Of a DNA stretch of 64,000 nt, positions 1 through 10,460 are shown one piece after another. The stretch comes from an uncultured Candidatus Saccharibacteria bacterium. GTDB lineage: Bacteria; Patescibacteriota; Saccharimonadia; Saccharimonadales; Saccharimonadaceae. Position 1 is the first letter of the stretch; each line of letters opens with the position of its first letter. The position numbers were made by a program, and so were the translations under genes. The stretch spans positions 61,753-125,752 of the forward strand of contig CAMVNH010000001.1 in assembly GCA_947168825.1 (NCBI GenBank), in the 5' to 3' direction. The notes under the pieces are model-generated. The model was not told the DNA's origin. It saw only the letters and a list, made by a program, of their open reading frames with translations, and made no database searches.

Positions 1-87
1 GCTAAGCTTAAAGCTTCGCTTGGGAACAAGGTGAAGAAAGCCGAAAAAGAAGCTGCGAAGAAAGCCGAAAAAGAAGCTACAAAATAA
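1..87 (+). CDS. 3' end of a Lys/Ala/Glu-rich protein (partial; possibly the tail of ribosomal protein L31)
   Basis: Frame 1 reads AKLKASLGNKVKKAEKEAAKKAEKEATK* and is followed by a terminator. The L31 guess rests only on the usual rpmE-prfA-prmC order. Confidence 0.4.
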   Translation, partial: AKLKASLGNKVKKAEKEAAKKAEKEATK

Positions 88-117
88 AAAATAACCCCAA
101 GTTCGGGGTTATTTTTT
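86..117. terminator. Bidirectional intrinsic terminator
   Basis: AAAAAATAACCCC-aagttc-GGGGTTATTTTTT between convergent genes. Confidence 0.8.
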
Positions 118-1068
118 ATTGAGAACGCTGCGGATTTCATCCGTGGTTTTACAAGCCATTAGTTTTGTGCGTAGCTCGGCAGCACCGGGTGATGAATTAA
201 TATACAACTTAAAGAAATGTTTGAGTGGCTCGAATGGATAACGAGAGCCTTTTTGTTCGAGTTCTTGTTTTCTTTGGTCGTAAAGATCGAGATGATACAA
301 AAACAGGTTGGTTAATTCTTCGTCGGTTGGTTGATGCAAGGTAAAGCAGTAAGGATTTTGGAATACGCCGCGACCAATCATGACGCCGTCGATTTTTGGA
401 TATTTAGCAAAGATTTTTTCGGCTTCGGATTTATCTTTAATATCGCCGTTGATAATGAGTTTTGTGTCTGGAGAAATCTTATCCCGGAGTTTAATTATTT
501 CAGGGATGAGTTCAAAATGCGCTGGGACTTTTGACATCTCTTTTCTGGTGCGGAGATGAACAGTGAGGGCGGCGAGATTTTGTGCTAACAATAATGGCAG
601 CCACTCTTTGTACTCGTCGACATACGTGAATCCGAGGCGAGTTTTGACGGAAACTGGTAGGTTGGTTGAATTTTTAGCTTGCCTAATACATTCGACCGCT
701 AACTCTGGGGTTCTAATCATAGCTGCGCCGCCGCCAGCCTTATTAACATGGCGATCTGGGCAGCCCATATTGATATCAAGACCCTGAAAATTAAGGTCTT
801 CTAAGGCGCTGGCAAGTTTTGCGAAATGCTCGGGATTTTTACCCCAGATTTGAGCGATAATTGGATGATCGGTATCGATAACCTCGAGACGTTCGAGGGC
901 GTTTTCGCGACCTTTTTCGGAAGCAAAACTCGAGACATTAGTAAACTCAGTAAAGAACAGATCCGGTTTACCGGCTTTTGCAATCACGGCACGAAAAACT
1001 TTGTCCGTTACGCCTTCCATAGGTGCAAGGACGAGGAAATGGGCTGGTAGTTCTTGCCAAGAATTCAT
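109..1068 (-). CDS. dus: tRNA-dihydrouridine synthase (Dus family)
   Basis: LAPMEGVTD, DINMGCP, VSVKTRLG, NGDI and GVMIGRG motifs. Confidence 0.93.
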   Translation of the reverse strand: MNSWQELPAHFLVLAPMEGVTDKVFRAVIAKAGKPDLFFTEFTNVSSFASEKGRENALERLEVIDTDHPIIAQIWGKNPEHFAKLASALEDLNFQGLDINMGCPDRHVNKAGGGAAMIRTPELAVECIRQAKNSTNLPVSVKTRLGFTYVDEYKEWLPLLLAQNLAALTVHLRTRKEMSKVPAHFELIPEIIKLRDKISPDTKLIINGDIKDKSEAEKIFAKYPKIDGVMIGRGVFQNPYCFTLHQPTDEELTNLFLYHLDLYDQRKQELEQKGSRYPFEPLKHFFKLYINSSPGAAELRTKLMACKTTDEIRSVLNKK

Positions 1069-1541
1069 TTAAAAATTATATAAGATTCTAGCCATTTTTG
1101 CAAGTCTGGAGCATTATGATAATATTTCGTATCATTGTCAGACTCAGGATCAAGATAAGCTTTTAATTCTCCATTTTCTATGATGACGATAGATGGAAAA
1201 TACTTAATATGTTCGGCTAAATTTGTAGTTTTAGCGTCTGGCCACATGATTTTATAGTATCTAAACTTTAGACTGTCGGAAAAATTTGCAAGCATGTGTC
1301 TCAATCTTTCTGCGGTTGAACAGCCAACATTATCTATCATAAGAACGAAGGTCTGTTTTTCTGCTATCATTTTTTCATAGTCAGAACTAGTAATTTCGAC
1401 AAATTCACTTACGCCGTAGTCGGAATCAGGTAGCTTGACAGGGTGGTTATTAAAAAGTGAAATGGCAACAATTATTATTGCAATAATTACAACAATAATT
1501 ATAGAGATAATGATATATGGTTTTTTGGTCCGTGCAGACAT
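1065..1541 (-). CDS. Membrane-anchored thioredoxin-like fold protein (single Cys)
   Basis: N-terminal TM helix; DNVGCST at the Trx active-site position; IKYFPSIVIIENG cis-Pro strand. Confidence 0.6.
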   Translation of the reverse strand: MSARTKKPYIIISIIIVVIIAIIIVAISLFNNHPVKLPDSDYGVSEFVEITSSDYEKMIAEKQTFVLMIDNVGCSTAERLRHMLANFSDSLKFRYYKIMWPDAKTTNLAEHIKYFPSIVIIENGELKAYLDPESDNDTKYYHNAPDLQKWLESYIIFK

Positions 1542-1542
1542 T

Positions 1543-2262
1543 TTAATTAAGTTTGGTTAGATTTTCGAAATTAATTTCATGGTATGGTACTTTCCAGAAA
1601 GAATAGGTATTGTCAGGATTTCTGATTTCAATCCTGTTTTTCCCGTCATAGAACCAGTAACCGCCAACCACGTAAATTTTGTTAGCATCCCAGCCGAGAT
1701 TAATTAACATATTTTTTAACATTCCAGAATAGCCGCCACCGCCGCACATCAGAAAAATATTTTTATCTTTTGGGAAAAGGTCGCTGAGAATCTGTTCAGA
1801 CTCTTTAAAATTAGGAGTATAAGAGCCATCTTTCTCAGTATAGAGGGTAGGACCGTCGTATGTTTTGCCGACGGATTCCGGAAGGTTCTGGACATTGACA
1901 AGATATGGATATGGTACAACTTCAAAGCCATTAACAATTCCAGAAAGATGGCTATCGCCGCCAATAGCAGCATAATCTGCCGGATCTTCAAGCATACGAA
2001 CGTCGTAATAAACTGAATCTGGACGATTTAGGTAATTGTCGATTGTCGATTCGTTGATATTTTTATCGATGCCGAGTTCTCCGCGCTCTCCAGAAGTAGT
2101 TTCTGGTTTTGGGAGTGCGGAGAGCGCTTTTTCGGTTTCGATGGTCTTAGTGGTGTGTGTACTAAATACAAGTTTTCCGATTGCAATGCCGCCTGCAAAC
2201 GCCAAAATTATAAGAAAAGTAAATAAAACTGGGTATTTACGTATACGTGGTTTAGCTCGCAT
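1543..2262 (-). CDS. Membrane-anchored rhodanese-like domain protein
   Basis: N-terminal TM; YYDVR, IFLMCGGGGYS active-site loop, IYVVGGY. Confidence 0.7.
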   Translation of the reverse strand: MRAKPRIRKYPVLFTFLIILAFAGGIAIGKLVFSTHTTKTIETEKALSALPKPETTSGERGELGIDKNINESTIDNYLNRPDSVYYDVRMLEDPADYAAIGGDSHLSGIVNGFEVVPYPYLVNVQNLPESVGKTYDGPTLYTEKDGSYTPNFKESEQILSDLFPKDKNIFLMCGGGGYSGMLKNMLINLGWDANKIYVVGGYWFYDGKNRIEIRNPDNTYSFWKVPYHEINFENLTKLN

Positions 2263-2301
2263 AATTCTATTTTAGCACAGAAATTGAAGTCAATAAAAAA
2301 A

Positions 2302-2378
2302 TGGTGGTTCCAGCAGGGCTCGAACCTGCGACCTCACGAATGTGAATCGTGCGCTCTAGCCAACTGAGCTATGGAACC
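2302..2378 (-). tRNA. tRNA-Val(CAC)
   Basis: GGTTCCATAGCTCAGTTGGCTAGAGC...CACGA-TTCACAT-TCGTG...GGTTCGAGCCC...ACCA. Confidence 0.95.
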
Positions 2379-2405
2379 ACGAAGTGTGGTATAATTATAG
2401 CACGT

Positions 2406-3449
2406 ATGGATATAGATTTAAAGAAGTACGAGGAAGAAAAGAAGGAGATAACGGATTTTTTGGCGAAGCCGGAGGCATTTTCGAGTCCGGATTTTGCAAT
2501 GAAATCGAGAAGACTTTCGGAAATTGATAAAATTCTAGCACTGGACAAAGAGATTGATGACCTGAAGGAGAATATTGAGCTCTCAAAGGAGCTTTTGGAC
2601 GAGAGTGATGCTAAAATGGTGCTCGAGGTCGAGAATTATGAAAAAGAAATTGCGAAGAAGCAGGCTGAACTCGAGGAGCTGTTGATTCCGCATGACCCGA
2701 ATGATGATAAGCCGGCGATTGTAGAGATTCGTGCGGGGGCTGGCGGCGATGAAGCGAGTTTGTTTGCCGGTGAGCTTTATCGGATGTATCAACATTTTGC
2801 AGAAGGTCACGGCATGAAAGCGGAGTTGATTTCGCAAAACGAGAATGAGGCGGGGGGTATGAAAGAAGTGATTTTTCGTCTTTCTGGAGATAGGCCGTAT
2901 GGACAGATGAAATTTGAAGGTGGTGTGCATCGCGTGCAGCGCGTACCGGTAACTGAGAGCCAGGGGCGGATTCATACTTCGACCGTGACGGTGGCAGTGC
3001 TGCCAGAGGCGGAAGAAAGCGACATCGAGATTCGTCCAGAGGATTTGCGCATTGATATTTATCGATCTGGTGGTCATGGTGGCCAAGGCGTGAATACGAC
3101 TGATTCGGCGGTAAGGATTACGCATCTTCCAACTGGAATTGTAGTGGCGATGCAGGATGAGCGAAGCCAGCAGCAGAATCGAATTAAAGCGATGACAATT
3201 TTGCGTTCGCGACTTGCTGAGAAAAAGAAGCTTGAGGATCAAGCGGCAGCATCGAGCGCACGTAAGTCTTTGATTGGAACTGGTGATCGGTCGGAGAAGA
3301 TTAGGACTTATAATTTTCCGCAAGATCGAGTGACTGATCATAGGATTCATTATTCGCGTTCGGGAATTAATGCGGTGATGGATGGAGACATTGAAGACAT
3401 TATTCAGGAATTAGCGCGCAATGAGCGGGAGCTTGCCAAAAGCGTATAG
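2406..3449 (+). CDS. prfA: Peptide chain release factor 1
   Basis: GGQ motif, RF1-type PVT ([14 protein letters not shown]), [16 protein letters not shown]. Start moved to ATG 2406 because the longer ORF overlaps the tRNA. Confidence 0.96.
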   Translation: MDIDLKKYEEEKKEITDFLAKPEAFSSPDFAMKSRRLSEIDKILALDKEIDDLKENIELSKELLDESDAKMVLEVENYEKEIAKKQAELEELLIPHDPNDDKPAIVEIRAGAGGDEASLFAGELYRMYQHFAEGHGMKAELISQNENEAGGMKEVIFRLSGDRPYGQMKFEGGVHRVQRVPVTESQGRIHTSTVTVAVLPEAEESDIEIRPEDLRIDIYRSGGHGGQGVNTTDSAVRITHLPTGIVVAMQDERSQQQNRIKAMTILRSRLAEKKKLEDQAAASSARKSLIGTGDRSEKIRTYNFPQDRVTDHRIHYSRSGINAVMDGDIEDIIQELARNERELAKSV

Positions 3450-4098
3450 AGAAGGCTGCATCGATTTTTACGGGCGGAAGTTTAAGGTAACGCCTGATGT
3501 TTTAATTCCCCGTCCAGAAACGGAGATGATAGTGGACAGTGTACTTTCGCTTTCTGGAAAGGCTTATCTTCCAGGAGTGAAGGCGCCAAAGGCTGAAGTT
3601 GATTGTGATAATTTGACGATTGTAGACGTTGGCACTGGATCTGGTTGTATTGCTACAACTTTGCAATTGGAGCTTCCGGGAGCGAAAGTTTTTGCAGTTG
3701 ATATTTCGGAAAAAGCTTTGGATGTGGCTAAGGAAAATGCAGAAATTTTGGGGGCAGATGTAACTTTTTTACGTTCTGATTTATTGTCTGGAGTTGTCAG
3801 TGATAATGTTAACGGTGATTTAATTATTGTGGCTAATTTGCCTTACGTGGATAGAGAGTGGGAATGGTTAGATCGAGAGGCGCTTTCGTTTGAGCCTGAG
3901 GAAGCGCTTTATGCTGAAGATGGTGGTCTGGCGTTATATAAACGTCTTTTTGGGGAGATTGGTGGTATTTCTTCCGGGAAGGCTTTTGTGGTAATAGAGG
4001 CTGATCCGTGTCAGCACGAGGAGCTAATAAAATGTGCCGGAGATTTAGGGCTCCGGCACATTGAAACGCGTGGATTTGCGCTAGTCTTTACCTGCTGA
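3421..4098 (+). CDS. prmC: Release factor glutamine methyltransferase HemK/PrmC (short N-terminus)
   Basis: [23 protein letters not shown]; directly after prfA. Confidence 0.9.
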   Translation: MSGSLPKAYREGCIDFYGRKFKVTPDVLIPRPETEMIVDSVLSLSGKAYLPGVKAPKAEVDCDNLTIVDVGTGSGCIATTLQLELPGAKVFAVDISEKALDVAKENAEILGADVTFLRSDLLSGVVSDNVNGDLIIVANLPYVDREWEWLDREALSFEPEEALYAEDGGLALYKRLFGEIGGISSGKAFVVIEADPCQHEELIKCAGDLGLRHIETRGFALVFTC

Positions 4099-5422
4099 GT
4101 GTGGTCGGGTAAGAGCTAAGAGTAACTTTGAGATTGATCTCTTTATTGTCGCGCACGATGGTGATTTCTACCTTATCGCCAACGGTGTATTCGCTGATGA
4201 GCGAGGAGAGGGTGCCAGTTTGGCCGACTTTGACGCCGTTGACTGCGACAATAACATCGCCAGATTTGATGCCGGCTTTTTCGGCTGGACTGTCTTTTAT
4301 GACGGAGTTTTCACCGGTGACATAGGCACCATATTTGACGGATAGATTGTAATCTTTGGCGGTATCAGCGGTAACATTGGTATAGCTGACACCGAGGAAG
4401 GCGCGTTCGGCCTTGCCGTTTTCGATAATACTTTTTAGCATACCTTTGACCGAAGAGATTGGAATGGCGAAGCCGAGACCGTTGGCAGAGTTAGAGACGG
4501 CGGTGTTGATACCAATAACTTCACCGGCAGCGTTAACTAATGGGCCGCCAGAGTTGCCAGCGTTAATGGATGCGTCGGTTTGAATCATGTCACTTAGAGT
4601 TTCATAGTAGTTGTTGGACGATGAGCCGTCGCCAGCGACGATGGTACGGCCGGTACCGGAAACGATACCTTCGGTGACGGTATTTTGGAATTGGCCAAGA
4701 GCGTTACCGATAGCGATAACTTGCTGACCGACAGTGATAGTTTTAGAGTTGCCGAGAGTGACGGTAGGTAAATCTTCGACGCCGGAAATCTTTAGATAGG
4801 CAACGTCGTTAGATGGGTCAACGCCAACGAGCTTGACTTCGGTATAGCGCGTGCCATCATCAAGTACGACGTTGATGCTGCTAGCACCGTCAACGACGTG
4901 TTTGTTGGTGATGACGTAGCCGTCACTTGTAACAATCATGCCCGTCCCAGCGGCGCTGGAAGTGCTGCTTTGGCCATAGTAGCCGATAGTGCGAGTTTCG
5001 GTAGTGATAGATACTACGGCAGGAGTAACGCGGGATGCAACTTCGGCGATAGATCCTTCGGTGAAGTTTGCGGAATTTCCATCGATAATATGCTCAGTGA
5101 TGAAACTACTGAGATTGGAAGTCCAAACTGGGAAATTATCGACAACGTTATATGCAGTAATGCCAAATGCAACCGCGGCGCAGAAGGCGGCACCGCCAAT
5201 CACGGCGCCAGTAATTAGGCGACGGTTGCTGGCTTTAATGCGCTCTTCGGCGGTCTGCTTACGGGTTTCAGGCGCAGGTTTAGTGGTTTTGACGGCTTTG
5301 GCTTTTGTGGCTTTTGCAGGTTTAGCGACCTTAGTAGCCTTGGCGGCTTTGGTGGTTTTTTTAGTAGTGTTGGTAATCTTGGTGGACTTGGTAGATTTTT
5401 TGGTAGATTTTTCTGTAGGCAT
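4088..5422 (-). CDS. htrA: HtrA/DegP-family serine protease with PDZ domain and Lys/Thr/Ala-rich N-tail
   Basis: TNKHVV, IQTDASINAGNSGGPL, C-terminal PDZ, one TM. Confidence 0.93.
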   Translation of the reverse strand: MPTEKSTKKSTKSTKITNTTKKTTKAAKATKVAKPAKATKAKAVKTTKPAPETRKQTAEERIKASNRRLITGAVIGGAAFCAAVAFGITAYNVVDNFPVWTSNLSSFITEHIIDGNSANFTEGSIAEVASRVTPAVVSITTETRTIGYYGQSSTSSAAGTGMIVTSDGYVITNKHVVDGASSINVVLDDGTRYTEVKLVGVDPSNDVAYLKISGVEDLPTVTLGNSKTITVGQQVIAIGNALGQFQNTVTEGIVSGTGRTIVAGDGSSSNNYYETLSDMIQTDASINAGNSGGPLVNAAGEVIGINTAVSNSANGLGFAIPISSVKGMLKSIIENGKAERAFLGVSYTNVTADTAKDYNLSVKYGAYVTGENSVIKDSPAEKAGIKSGDVIVAVNGVKVGQTGTLSSLISEYTVGDKVEITIVRDNKEINLKVTLSSYPTTLSR

Positions 5423-5435
5423 AAACCCTCCTTTT

Positions 5436-6218
5436 TTAAACGTCGAAGATTGGCTTACTGAACCAAACTGCGAGCATGATTATTACGAATAAACTGAAAA
5501 TAACCGGGACGATGATGTCGTTTTTCTTAAGTCTGCCGTCATGGACAATGATGGACTTATAAACACGATCGAAAACGAATGCGAAGATAGTGAGAATGAT
5601 GGAGAGCTGAGGGACAATAATACCGGTATTTCCAAATGAGTAGACGATTAGCCAGGAATGACAGAGCCAAGCGATTTCGGCAGAGATGAGACCACAAATT
5701 CTAGTAACCATGGCAAAATCATTGTCGTCGCTTTGGACGAGTACATGGCGAGCACTAGCGTAGCCGATAATAAAGCAAGCAATAACTATAACTAGCGAGT
5801 TGAGGCTGGCCGAGACCAGCACGGTTGCGGTGGTGCCGAGGAAGACGGCGGCAAGAGATTGCATCTCGGCTGCAGTTTCGGAGGAGCGTGGCTTGAGGAT
5901 GATGAGCCAGAGCGTGTAAAGCGCGGCTAGGATGTAATGTATCGGTAGGACTGTGGTTCCGGAGCAATAAGCAATTAAAACAAAGCTAGTGCCGACGATA
6001 ATGTCGACGAGGCTAGATTTGATGTTTGTAAGCCAGTAGTACGGGCGAACGGCAAAGATGCGCCATTTAGAAATAGCGACCAGGATTACACCGAGAATCC
6101 AGCTGCCAGATATAACAGTAATAACAATTGAGCCGACACCAAGTAAAATATTGAGAACAGCATGCAGAATAGAAGAAAGGATATTGCGGGATTTGCGGAT
6201 TAAAATATAATCTGTCAT
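5436..6218 (-). CDS. Multi-pass membrane hypothetical protein
   Basis: 260 aa with about 8 hydrophobic segments; TGATATAAT 6 nt upstream of ATG. Confidence 0.75.
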   Translation of the reverse strand: MTDYILIRKSRNILSSILHAVLNILLGVGSIVITVISGSWILGVILVAISKWRIFAVRPYYWLTNIKSSLVDIIVGTSFVLIAYCSGTTVLPIHYILAALYTLWLIILKPRSSETAAEMQSLAAVFLGTTATVLVSASLNSLVIVIACFIIGYASARHVLVQSDDNDFAMVTRICGLISAEIAWLCHSWLIVYSFGNTGIIVPQLSIILTIFAFVFDRVYKSIIVHDGRLKKNDIIVPVIFSLFVIIMLAVWFSKPIFDV

Positions 6219-6276
6219 GAGATTATTATATCAAAAAGCGTCGAGTTTTTATAGTTTTTATGTTATACTAGATGTT

Positions 6277-6918
6277 ATGGAAGCAAAACCAAAGTTTTTT
6301 CAGAAACATCCTCTACTGAAGGATATTTTGAGTTTAATTCTCTTTGTGGCTGGTGTAGTAGTGGGGACGCTAGCGCTAAATGCGTTTATATTTCGGTCTT
6401 ATAATGTGGTTGGTGTGTCTATGGAGAATACACTGCATGGAAACGATCGGATTATTGTAAATCGAGTCCCGGTAACGGTGGCGCATCTATTTGGTAATGA
6501 ATATGTGCCAGAGCGTGGTCAGATTATCGTATTCGCGAACGGAGAGGCTGACGGGCCTTTGACATGTAAGGCGGAGTCTGGAATTGCGGATCAGTATATT
6601 ATCAAGCGTGTGATTGCTTTCCCTGGTGAGCGAGTGGTAGTGAAGAACGGTAAGCTAACAGTTTATAACGATGAGCATCCGGATGGGTTCTCGCCGGATG
6701 AGGATACGTATGTTTCAGATACGGATGGGCCAAAGAAATATACTGCTGGTGAGGTTGACATTATTGTGCCGAGTGGTGAGCTGTTTGTGTCTGGCGATAA
6801 CCGCGAAGGTACACATTCGTACGACTCGCGCAATGGGCTAGGAACGGTGCCATATTGTCGTGTGATTGGCCCAGTGATTTTTCGGCTTTTCCCGTTTGAT
6901 TCAGTAAGATTTTTCTAG
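6277..6918 (+). CDS. lepB: Signal peptidase I
   Basis: GVSMENTL (Ser), IIKRVIAFPGE (Lys), GDNR..S.DSR. Start set at ATG 6277 after TGTTATACT. Confidence 0.93.
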   Translation: MEAKPKFFQKHPLLKDILSLILFVAGVVVGTLALNAFIFRSYNVVGVSMENTLHGNDRIIVNRVPVTVAHLFGNEYVPERGQIIVFANGEADGPLTCKAESGIADQYIIKRVIAFPGERVVVKNGKLTVYNDEHPDGFSPDEDTYVSDTDGPKKYTAGEVDIIVPSGELFVSGDNREGTHSYDSRNGLGTVPYCRVIGPVIFRLFPFDSVRFF

Positions 6919-6945
6919 CATTCTGACATGAAAAATGGGCGGATT

Positions 6946-7134
6946 TTATCCGCCCTTACGTATTTTACCTGTGCCGCCGCAGCTTGGGCACTTTTGGTTA
7001 GGGCCAAGAAATTCGGCAATGATCCCGGAGCCATGGCACCGGGGACATGTACCAATAATTGGTCTACAAGTGCAATTGTCTTTACCAAGTTCGGTAAGAA
7101 AAATTCTGCCGCAACATGGGCAAGTATAGGTCAT
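6946..7134 (-). CDS. Small Cys-rich protein with DnaJ-type zinc-finger motifs
   Basis: CPCC, CTC, CPRCHGSG, CPSCGGTG; own promoter (7190-7218), SD and terminator hairpin GGGCGGAT/ATCCGCCC. Confidence 0.7.
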   Translation of the reverse strand: MTYTCPCCGRIFLTELGKDNCTCRPIIGTCPRCHGSGIIAEFLGPNQKCPSCGGTGKIRKGG

Positions 7135-7218
7135 TCATGTCACCCCCTCTCTAAATGTACAAATGAGCTGCGATGCAGCCCATTCTTTAATTATACACCT
7201 TTTTGCCTAAAAAGTCAA
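7135..7218 (-). promoter_or_regulatory. Promoter, hairpin, GTACATTT box and SD leader module
   Basis: TTGACT-17-TATAAT; AATGGGCTGC-atc-GCAGCTCATT; GTACATTT; GAGGGGGTG. Confidence 0.7.
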
Positions 7219-10200
7219 GCTTCATACTTATCGATAAGAAGTTGCACGAAGTTTTTGAGATCGGAAAGCTTTCTAGCGTTGTCTGCGGCGAGGAAGAGAT
7301 TTTGGTCCTCAATAAAGTTTAGTGTTTTAATTTCGTGATAAACTGACTTTATGAGGGATTTTAGGACTAGCTCGTCCTCTTCATTGTACTTATAAATTTT
7401 ATCATGTACTAGGCCGTCGGCCTGATCTGGGGAAACAAAGAGAATATGTGCGCTGTTAACTTTATACTTGCTATAGGTCGGAGAAAGATTGAGGAGGAGT
7501 TTATAGAATCCAAGTTGGAGTTTATATTTATAGAGGGTGGCATCGCTGTCCCATTTTTTGTCTTTGTAAGCTCCGGTCTTAAAGTCGTAGATGTCGATAG
7601 TCTTAGTTTCTGGATCGATATTGATATGGTCGATAATGCCGAGAATAGGAGTATCGCCAAGAGATAGATTTTCGTGTGCAAGATTAACTTCGGCTTGGGC
7701 GTGAGGATGGCGGAGAATGTCAGAGAAAGAATCTAGGCTAGTGCGAATGGATTTTTCTCCGCGAACGAGAATATCATTTAGGTCGTTTGGCATAAGTGGC
7801 TGTTTCTCGGCTTGCTGCTTGAAGAATTCGATGGCTGCATCGTCGGTGAGTTGGGATTTGGTGATTTGCTCAAAAGTAGCATGGATGAGATTGCCGAGAA
7901 TAATTTGGCTGGTAGGTGGCTCTGAGGGGACACGTAAGAGCCTGTTTTTGTAGAAAGTTTGCGGACCGGAATAGATGATGTCGATAAAAGAAGTGAGATC
8001 GGAAGCAGACATGTGATAATTCGAAACGCGTTGTTCTAAAATGGCTCTGAGATCGGGGGTAAGCTTTTGATAGCGTTCGAGCCAGTTGGCTTTCAAGTCG
8101 GTTTGTTTTTTAGCTTCATCGATGTCTTTGTAATGTTTGATGACTTCTATTTCGCCAAGGTAAGGCGAGATGATTTTGTCATCTTTCTCGTATTCGGCGA
8201 GATAGGCGAGACGAGCAGGAGTTTTGCCAGAGAAATCTTTAATGGAGTTGGTAATGCAGAGATGCGATTTTGCACGAGTAATGGCGACGAAGAATAGACG
8301 AAGTCGCTCGTCGTCAGTGATACCAGTATGACGGATTTGGATGAGGTTGTCTGGGAGTGTAAAGTAACTGTTGTTCCCTTTTCCTTTACCCCAGGCAAGG
8401 TCGTCGGCGGCGACCAAGAAAACATATTGGAACTCAAGGCCTTTACTCTTATGGGCGGTGAGAATTTGGACGGAATCGGAGGAATCTTGGTATGGACTGG
8501 TGTTTGTGAGTGGTTGGTTGGCCGCTTCGTAATCATCTAGGAACTCGATGAGGTCTTTTAACAATGGACGATCGGTTTTTAAGTGCGACTTAATAGCTTC
8601 GCGGAGGACGGCAAGATTTTCATACAAGGTAAACGATTCGTATTCTTCGGTTTGTTCGTAAAAATTAAGGAAGTCGGCGTCACGAAGCAATTGGTTAATA
8701 AAGAGTTCTAGTGGCGTATCAAAAGAGTTTTGGACCAGATTTCCGATAAGTATGGCGACGTTTTTTAACCTATCGTCTTCCGATGTAGCGAGACGCTCGA
8801 CTATGGTTTTTGGGTCGTGCCTATCATAAGTGCAAATTTTAAGAATTGTAAGAGGGTCGATTTGCCAAAAATCAAAGCTCAAAATTTCAGGCAAAAGATA
8901 GGACGATTGATTGCCGTTTGCAAGATTGTAGATAAAACGGGACAATTTTAAAAGTTTACTGATTTTTGAATCTTCAAAGAGGTTGTCGCGTTTTTCGTAA
9001 GCGATATTGATTTTGGGATGAGATTTTAAGTAAGGAAGTAGTGGCGCGACGTATTTATGCTTTGGAGTGATAATGGCAATATCTGATTGGTTGACGCCGG
9101 AATTGATCAGTTCTTCGATTGCATTCGCGACGTAGTAATATTCGCTATCGCTAGATAGGAATTCATGACGAGAGAGTTCGGTTGCGTTAAAATCACGTTT
9201 TGCAGTGAGGATTTTTTCAATATCGTGGCTTTTTGCAAAAGAGCTAGTAATTTGGTCGGCTATTTTGTGGGAAAAGTCAAGAATTTGGCTGGTTGAACGA
9301 TAATTATCGGTGAGGGTAATAACTTTGGCATTGTAGTGTTGTTGAAAATCGATGAGGTTAGAAGCGTTGGCGCCTTGAAAGGCGAAGATGGCCTGGTCGT
9401 CGTCGCCGACAGCCATGATAGATGGACTCTCGTAGTCGGTGAGTAAATAAATCAGCTCGGCTTGGGAGGGGTTAGTATCTTGAAATTCGTCAAGCAGAAT
9501 ATATTGGTAGCGCTCTGAGAGGGTAAGTCGAAAGCCGGAGTCATGCTTAAGAGCACTAATGGCCTCCTCGATCATATCGGAAAAATCAAAGAGCCCGTTT
9601 GATTGCAGTTCTTCGTCATAAAGCTGCATAATATTGGCAAGGCTGGATAGTTTTTTGTTGGAGACGATGTTTGATAGGCGCCAGTTGCCGGTAGGACCCT
9701 TTTCGAAATGCCGTTTTTTCCAGGAAGAGAGAGGGCTGACAGATGGTTTTTCTTTGGCGGTTTCAGAATCGATGATATGGTTGAGTTCAAAAATCCAGGA
9801 GTTGACTTCGCGTTCAATGTTGCCGGCAAGCGGCTCTGGTTTAGCGTATGCTGCCATGGTTTCAAGGAGCGGCTGGTAGACGGTTTTGACAGCGTTGGCA
9901 AATTTCATACGTGGAACAAGGCTGTCGAGGATGTTTGAGAGTTTAGGATTGAGTTCGTTCGCGACCTTGATGTTATCGGCGGCAATTTTAGCAAGGTCAC
10001 TGGCGGTTAGGCGGGCGCTTTTGGCGCTACTAATCGTGCTAACAATGTCGGAAATCTTATCCCCGCGAAGGATGTCTCCGGGGGCGAGATTTTCTTGAAT
10101 TTTGCGGATAATTTTATGTTGAGTAATTTCATCAATAGGGGAATCTAGATTGCGGCTAAAATCGGTGGCGTAGTTTTTGTAGGCTGAAAGGATGTTGGAG

Positions 10201-10460
10201 CCGAATGCGTGATAAGTATGAATATTGACACTGCTGGCAGCTTGGCCAATCATGGAGAAAAGTCTAGTGCGCATATTCTCGGCGCCAACTTCGGTAAAGG
10301 TTAGACAGAGAATATTTTCTGGACTAGTGTCGGTGTTCTCTAAGATGTGAGCGACTTTGCTAGAGAGTAATTGGGTTTTTCCGGTACCAGGGCCAGCAAG
10401 GACGAGCAATGGACCACTTAAATATTCTACAGCTTCTTTTTGTTTAGAGTTTAGTGGCAT
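7215..10460 (-). CDS. UvrD-family ATP-dependent helicase with C-terminal PD-(D/E)XK nuclease (AddA/AdnA-like)
   Basis: LAGPGTGKT, LLDEFQD, VGDDDQAIF, NYRS, TAHKSKGLEF, FFVAITRAK, then IDHI..IYDFKTG..QLGFY. Confidence 0.88.
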   Translation of the reverse strand: MPLNSKQKEAVEYLSGPLLVLAGPGTGKTQLLSSKVAHILENTDTSPENILCLTFTEVGAENMRTRLFSMIGQAASSVNIHTYHAFGSNILSAYKNYATDFSRNLDSPIDEITQHKIIRKIQENLAPGDILRGDKISDIVSTISSAKSARLTASDLAKIAADNIKVANELNPKLSNILDSLVPRMKFANAVKTVYQPLLETMAAYAKPEPLAGNIEREVNSWIFELNHIIDSETAKEKPSVSPLSSWKKRHFEKGPTGNWRLSNIVSNKKLSSLANIMQLYDEELQSNGLFDFSDMIEEAISALKHDSGFRLTLSERYQYILLDEFQDTNPSQAELIYLLTDYESPSIMAVGDDDQAIFAFQGANASNLIDFQQHYNAKVITLTDNYRSTSQILDFSHKIADQITSSFAKSHDIEKILTAKRDFNATELSRHEFLSSDSEYYYVANAIEELINSGVNQSDIAIITPKHKYVAPLLPYLKSHPKINIAYEKRDNLFEDSKISKLLKLSRFIYNLANGNQSSYLLPEILSFDFWQIDPLTILKICTYDRHDPKTIVERLATSEDDRLKNVAILIGNLVQNSFDTPLELFINQLLRDADFLNFYEQTEEYESFTLYENLAVLREAIKSHLKTDRPLLKDLIEFLDDYEAANQPLTNTSPYQDSSDSVQILTAHKSKGLEFQYVFLVAADDLAWGKGKGNNSYFTLPDNLIQIRHTGITDDERLRLFFVAITRAKSHLCITNSIKDFSGKTPARLAYLAEYEKDDKIISPYLGEIEVIKHYKDIDEAKKQTDLKANWLERYQKLTPDLRAILEQRVSNYHMSASDLTSFIDIIYSGPQTFYKNRLLRVPSEPPTSQIILGNLIHATFEQITKSQLTDDAAIEFFKQQAEKQPLMPNDLNDILVRGEKSIRTSLDSFSDILRHPHAQAEVNLAHENLSLGDTPILGIIDHINIDPETKTIDIYDFKTGAYKDKKWDSDATLYKYKLQLGFYKLLLNLSPTYSKYKVNSAHILFVSPDQADGLVHDKIYKYNEEDELVLKSLIKSVYHEIKTLNFIEDQNLFLAADNARKLSDLKNFVQLLIDKYEA

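Noticed and set aside
2349-2405. N-terminal extension of prfA in the ORF track
   Set aside because: Overlaps tRNA-Val and the -10 box; ATG 2406 fits better.
2583-3350. 255-aa antisense ORF over prfA, and the many other antisense or alternate-frame ORFs
   Set aside because: Shadow ORFs of well-supported genes, with no motifs or expression signals.
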